From a virus (lineage: Duplodnaviria; Caudoviricetes): 49,131 bases of DNA. Positions within the stretch are counted from its first letter, which is position 1. Each line of letters opens with the position of its first letter. Both the position numbers and the translations under genes were made by a program. Shown piece by piece: positions 46,552-49,131 of this stretch. The stretch is from positions 1-49,131 of IMG/VR virus record IMGVR_UViG_3300029775_000339; one strand, given 5' to 3'. The notes under the pieces are model-generated. The model was given only the letters and a program-made list of their open reading frames with translations. It ran no database searches and was not told the DNA's origin.

Positions 46552-46872
46552 ATGATGGATATTTCATGTGATAAAATAAAAAATCAAATTGATGCTAAAA
46601 ACATTAACAAAATAAGTAGCTATTTTATAGAAAGGGCAGAAGCGATAGGAACGGAATTTAATGTATCTATAAAATTAAGCAATAGTTTTAAATCTCTAAT
46701 AGTTGCTTGGTTATATAAAAATTGGAGGTTAGCTAGAAATAATATATATTTAATTAATGAATTTGAAGCAGATTTAGAAAAAATGATTATTGCAGAAATA
46801 CAATTACACAAAGAAGTAAATAGTAAAAATAAGAAATATTGGTTGATTGATGAAATAGAATTTAAAGAATAA
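46552..46872 (+). CDS. Hypothetical protein, 106 aa
   Basis: RBS AAGGAG; AT-rich; no recognisable motif. Confidence 0.6.
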   Translation: MMDISCDKIKNQIDAKNINKISSYFIERAEAIGTEFNVSIKLSNSFKSLIVAWLYKNWRLARNNIYLINEFEADLEKMIIAEIQLHKEVNSKNKKYWLIDEIEFKE

Positions 46873-46942
46873 ATTTATGGAAATTTTATACAAATAAAGA
46901 CATGTCTGATATAATATTATTGGAGCAAGGAAGGAGATTATT

Positions 46943-47833
46943 ATGGCAACACCCCATCTTGTACAGTATCAAGGAAGCAAACGTAATATTGCTTCTGAAA
47001 TTTCAAGTTATTTTCCTAAAAGAATAAACAGATTAATTGAACCTTTTTGCGGAACTGCTGCTGTTAGTATTTTAGCTGCCAAGCAAAATAAGGTTGGAAA
47101 ATTTATTTTAAATGATATAAACAAACCACTTGTTGAAATGTTAGAATTATGCGTAAAGCAACCAGAGGTATTATATAGACAATACGAAGAAATATGGAAT
47201 GGACAATTTGTAGAAGGAACTAATAATATAGATTATTTTTACAAAATGCGTGAGAAATTTAATCAAGAAAGTGAACCAGCATTAATGTTGTTTATGTTAG
47301 CGAGAGTAGTAAAAGGGGCGGTAAGATACAATAATAATGGCCAAATGAATCAATCTTGTGATAAGAGAAGAAATGGAACCAGACCAGAGTTAATTAGAAA
47401 CAATGCTATACAAATATCAAATTTACTCAATAATAGGACTGAATTCTATAACCTGGATTATAGGGAAATGTTACTTAAAGCTCAACCAGGAGATCTGGTT
47501 TATATGGATCCACCATATCAAGGAACAAGCAATACATCTGACAATAGATATTATCAAGGGGTTGATTATGAAGAATTAGTTAATGCACTTAAATTATTAA
47601 ATGACAAAAATGTTGATTTTATAATAAGTTATGATGGCATGACGGGAGAAAAAAAACATGGCAAAGATTTACCAGATTATTTAGAACTTACTCATATATT
47701 TATAAATTCAGGTAAATCCGCCCAGTCAACATTATTAGGTAAAAAAGAAATTACTTATGAGTCACTATATTTAAGTAAAAATTTAAAATGTGTTTATGAA
47801 AATAGAGCTGAACAACTAAAATTAATTATATAA
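46943..47833 (+). CDS. Dam/D12-class (alpha) N6-adenine DNA methyltransferase
   Basis: YQGSKR, IEPFCGTAAVS, LNDIN and YMDPPY. Confidence 0.92.
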   Translation: MATPHLVQYQGSKRNIASEISSYFPKRINRLIEPFCGTAAVSILAAKQNKVGKFILNDINKPLVEMLELCVKQPEVLYRQYEEIWNGQFVEGTNNIDYFYKMREKFNQESEPALMLFMLARVVKGAVRYNNNGQMNQSCDKRRNGTRPELIRNNAIQISNLLNNRTEFYNLDYREMLLKAQPGDLVYMDPPYQGTSNTSDNRYYQGVDYEELVNALKLLNDKNVDFIISYDGMTGEKKHGKDLPDYLELTHIFINSGKSAQSTLLGKKEITYESLYLSKNLKCVYENRAEQLKLII

Positions 47834-47954
47834 AGATAAGTTTGATATATGAAGTATAATAAAACAATGTAAATGAATTAAAAAGTCTTTATTGATATTT
47901 CGTTTTGTAATAGGTATTCAAGGTGATAAGAAATTTATATATAGTTAAAATTTT

Positions 47955-47982
47955 CTATTATTCGCAAGAATAATAGTTTTTT
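47955..47982 (+). terminator. Terminator-like hairpin between the M and R genes
   Basis: CTATTATTC-GCAA-GAATAATAG followed by TTTTTT. Confidence 0.55.
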
Positions 47983-48040
47983 ACTAAATAGACAAACTGT
48001 ATAAAATTAATAAAACAATTGAATTAATATGATATGGGGG

Positions 48041-48766
48041 ATGAAATATAATATGGAAAAGATACCAGATGATTTTATGGCGAAACTTAATTCAGTAACA
48101 AACAAACGTGCTAGGTGTGTAATAGATACTATAATAGAAAAAGGATTTTGTAGTACTGAAGATTTGAAAGATGCAGGGTATGAACATGCACCTAGAGCCG
48201 CAAGAGATGTTCGCGAATTGGGAATACCACTTGAAACATTTAAGATTAAAGATCGAAGTGGAAAAAGCATAGGAGCGTATCGTTTTGGTGATTGGGAGGA
48301 GTATAAGAAACAAAACTTACTTAGTAAAACAGCAGGAAGGACACAACTTTCAAACAGACTAAAGCAGCAATTAATAGAGCAGTATGGGAGTATTTGCTTT
48401 TTATATGGAGAAGAATATCCAGAAAATCAGCTTCAAGTAGATCATCGCATACCTTATGAGATATTAGGGGAGCAAGATGAAAATAATCTGCAGAATTTTA
48501 TGTTGCTGTGTCCAAGTGGAAATAGGGCGAAATCTTGGGCTTGTGAACATTGTGAAAATTGGGTGATTAAGGATAAAGATATGTGTGAAAACTGTTATTA
48601 TGCACACCCAGAGGGGTATCTACATATCGCAGGTGAACAGGAAAGAAAAATTGATATAGTATTCAAAAATGGAGATATTGAGATTTATGAATTGCTTAAG
48701 GAAAAGGCGGATAAAGAAAATATAAGTATACAAGATGCTTTTAAGATTTATTTTAGAAATAAATAA
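48041..48766 (+). CDS. HNH-type Type II restriction endonuclease, SphI-like
   Basis: QVDHRIP...LC..GNRAK HNH core plus a Cys cluster. GYEHAPRAARD and NRAKSWACEHCENW resemble R.SphI as I recall it. Adjacent to an MTase; start uncertain (48029-48053). Confidence 0.75.
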   Translation: MKYNMEKIPDDFMAKLNSVTNKRARCVIDTIIEKGFCSTEDLKDAGYEHAPRAARDVRELGIPLETFKIKDRSGKSIGAYRFGDWEEYKKQNLLSKTAGRTQLSNRLKQQLIEQYGSICFLYGEEYPENQLQVDHRIPYEILGEQDENNLQNFMLLCPSGNRAKSWACEHCENWVIKDKDMCENCYYAHPEGYLHIAGEQERKIDIVFKNGDIEIYELLKEKADKENISIQDAFKIYFRNK

Positions 48767-48865
48767 ATAACACAAATCTATGTTAGACTGAGTATAAACA
48801 GAAATTGGTATGTTAAAAACCCATTATAGATAAATTTTTAATTACCATTTGTGAAAAAATAATAT

Positions 48866-48954
48866 CTCATATTTCGGTACCTAATTATGGAGATTAATTA
48901 ATTAAACTATAAATATCAATATATTGTAATTTTTTTAACTCATATTTCGGCACC
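48866..48954 (+). repeat. 16-bp direct repeat pair
   Basis: CTCATATTTCGGTACC (48866-48881) and CTCATATTTCGGCACC (48939-48954). Confidence 0.7.
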
Positions 48955-49053
48955 AAATAAATCCAGAAATGTAGTTAAGATTTGCCACGTAAATGGGAAC
49001 ACTAATTATAGTAATATAGAAGAATAATACTATAATTGAATGGGTGATGACAA

Positions 49054-49131
49054 ATGGTAAGTAATGTCGTAAAGGAAATACTAAATCGATTGAAAGTATG
49101 TAGAGATGGAGCACTTCCATTAATATCAGCA
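49054..49131 (+). CDS. 5' end of a gene running off the window (MVSNVVKEILNRLKVCRDGALPLISA...)
   Basis: TATAAT at 49031-49036, GGGTGA RBS and an open frame to the window edge. Confidence 0.5.
   Translation, partial: MVSNVVKEILNRLKVCRDGALPLISA

Noticed and set aside
48866-48954. Repeat pair as a mini-CRISPR
   Set aside because: Only two 16-bp units with a 57-bp gap; wrong dimensions and no cas context.
48935-49120. 61-aa minus-strand ORF at the window end
   Set aside because: Overlaps a better-supported plus-strand start (TATAAT, RBS, ATG 49054); its hydrophobicity reflects AT-rich antisense sequence.

Overview
Most of the window (to about 46,080) is a defective siphovirus-type prophage or phage-like element of a low-GC Firmicute, probably Clostridia. 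Its right end follows a large serine recombinase and carries what reads as the displaced 3' end of rlmD/rumA (putative attR). The left part has the right end of an IS4-family element cutting the 5' end of hsdM, then a Type I R-M operon whose HsdR has an unusual ~285-aa C-terminal HTH regulator-like extension. Next come a 750-bp control region (operator pair, several hairpins, an unannotated 46-aa basic ORF) and a sigma-70 region-4 protein with two copies of a candidate cognate promoter. A PolA/primase/SNF2 replication module, HNH, terS and a ParB-methyltransferase follow. A complete second copy of the IS, with no target duplication, joins a 5' fragment of a C5 methyltransferase to a 3' fragment of terL (a deletion, possibly fusing two different prophages). 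The right part is an intact-looking HK97-type head and long-tail module interrupted by three cargo insertions, one containing a 204-bp MITE, and I see no lysis genes. Beyond attR lie a Dam-class methyltransferase with an SphI-like HNH endonuclease and the start of another gene. I saw no rRNA, tRNA or CRISPR array. All family assignments come from motif recognition by eye, not database searches.
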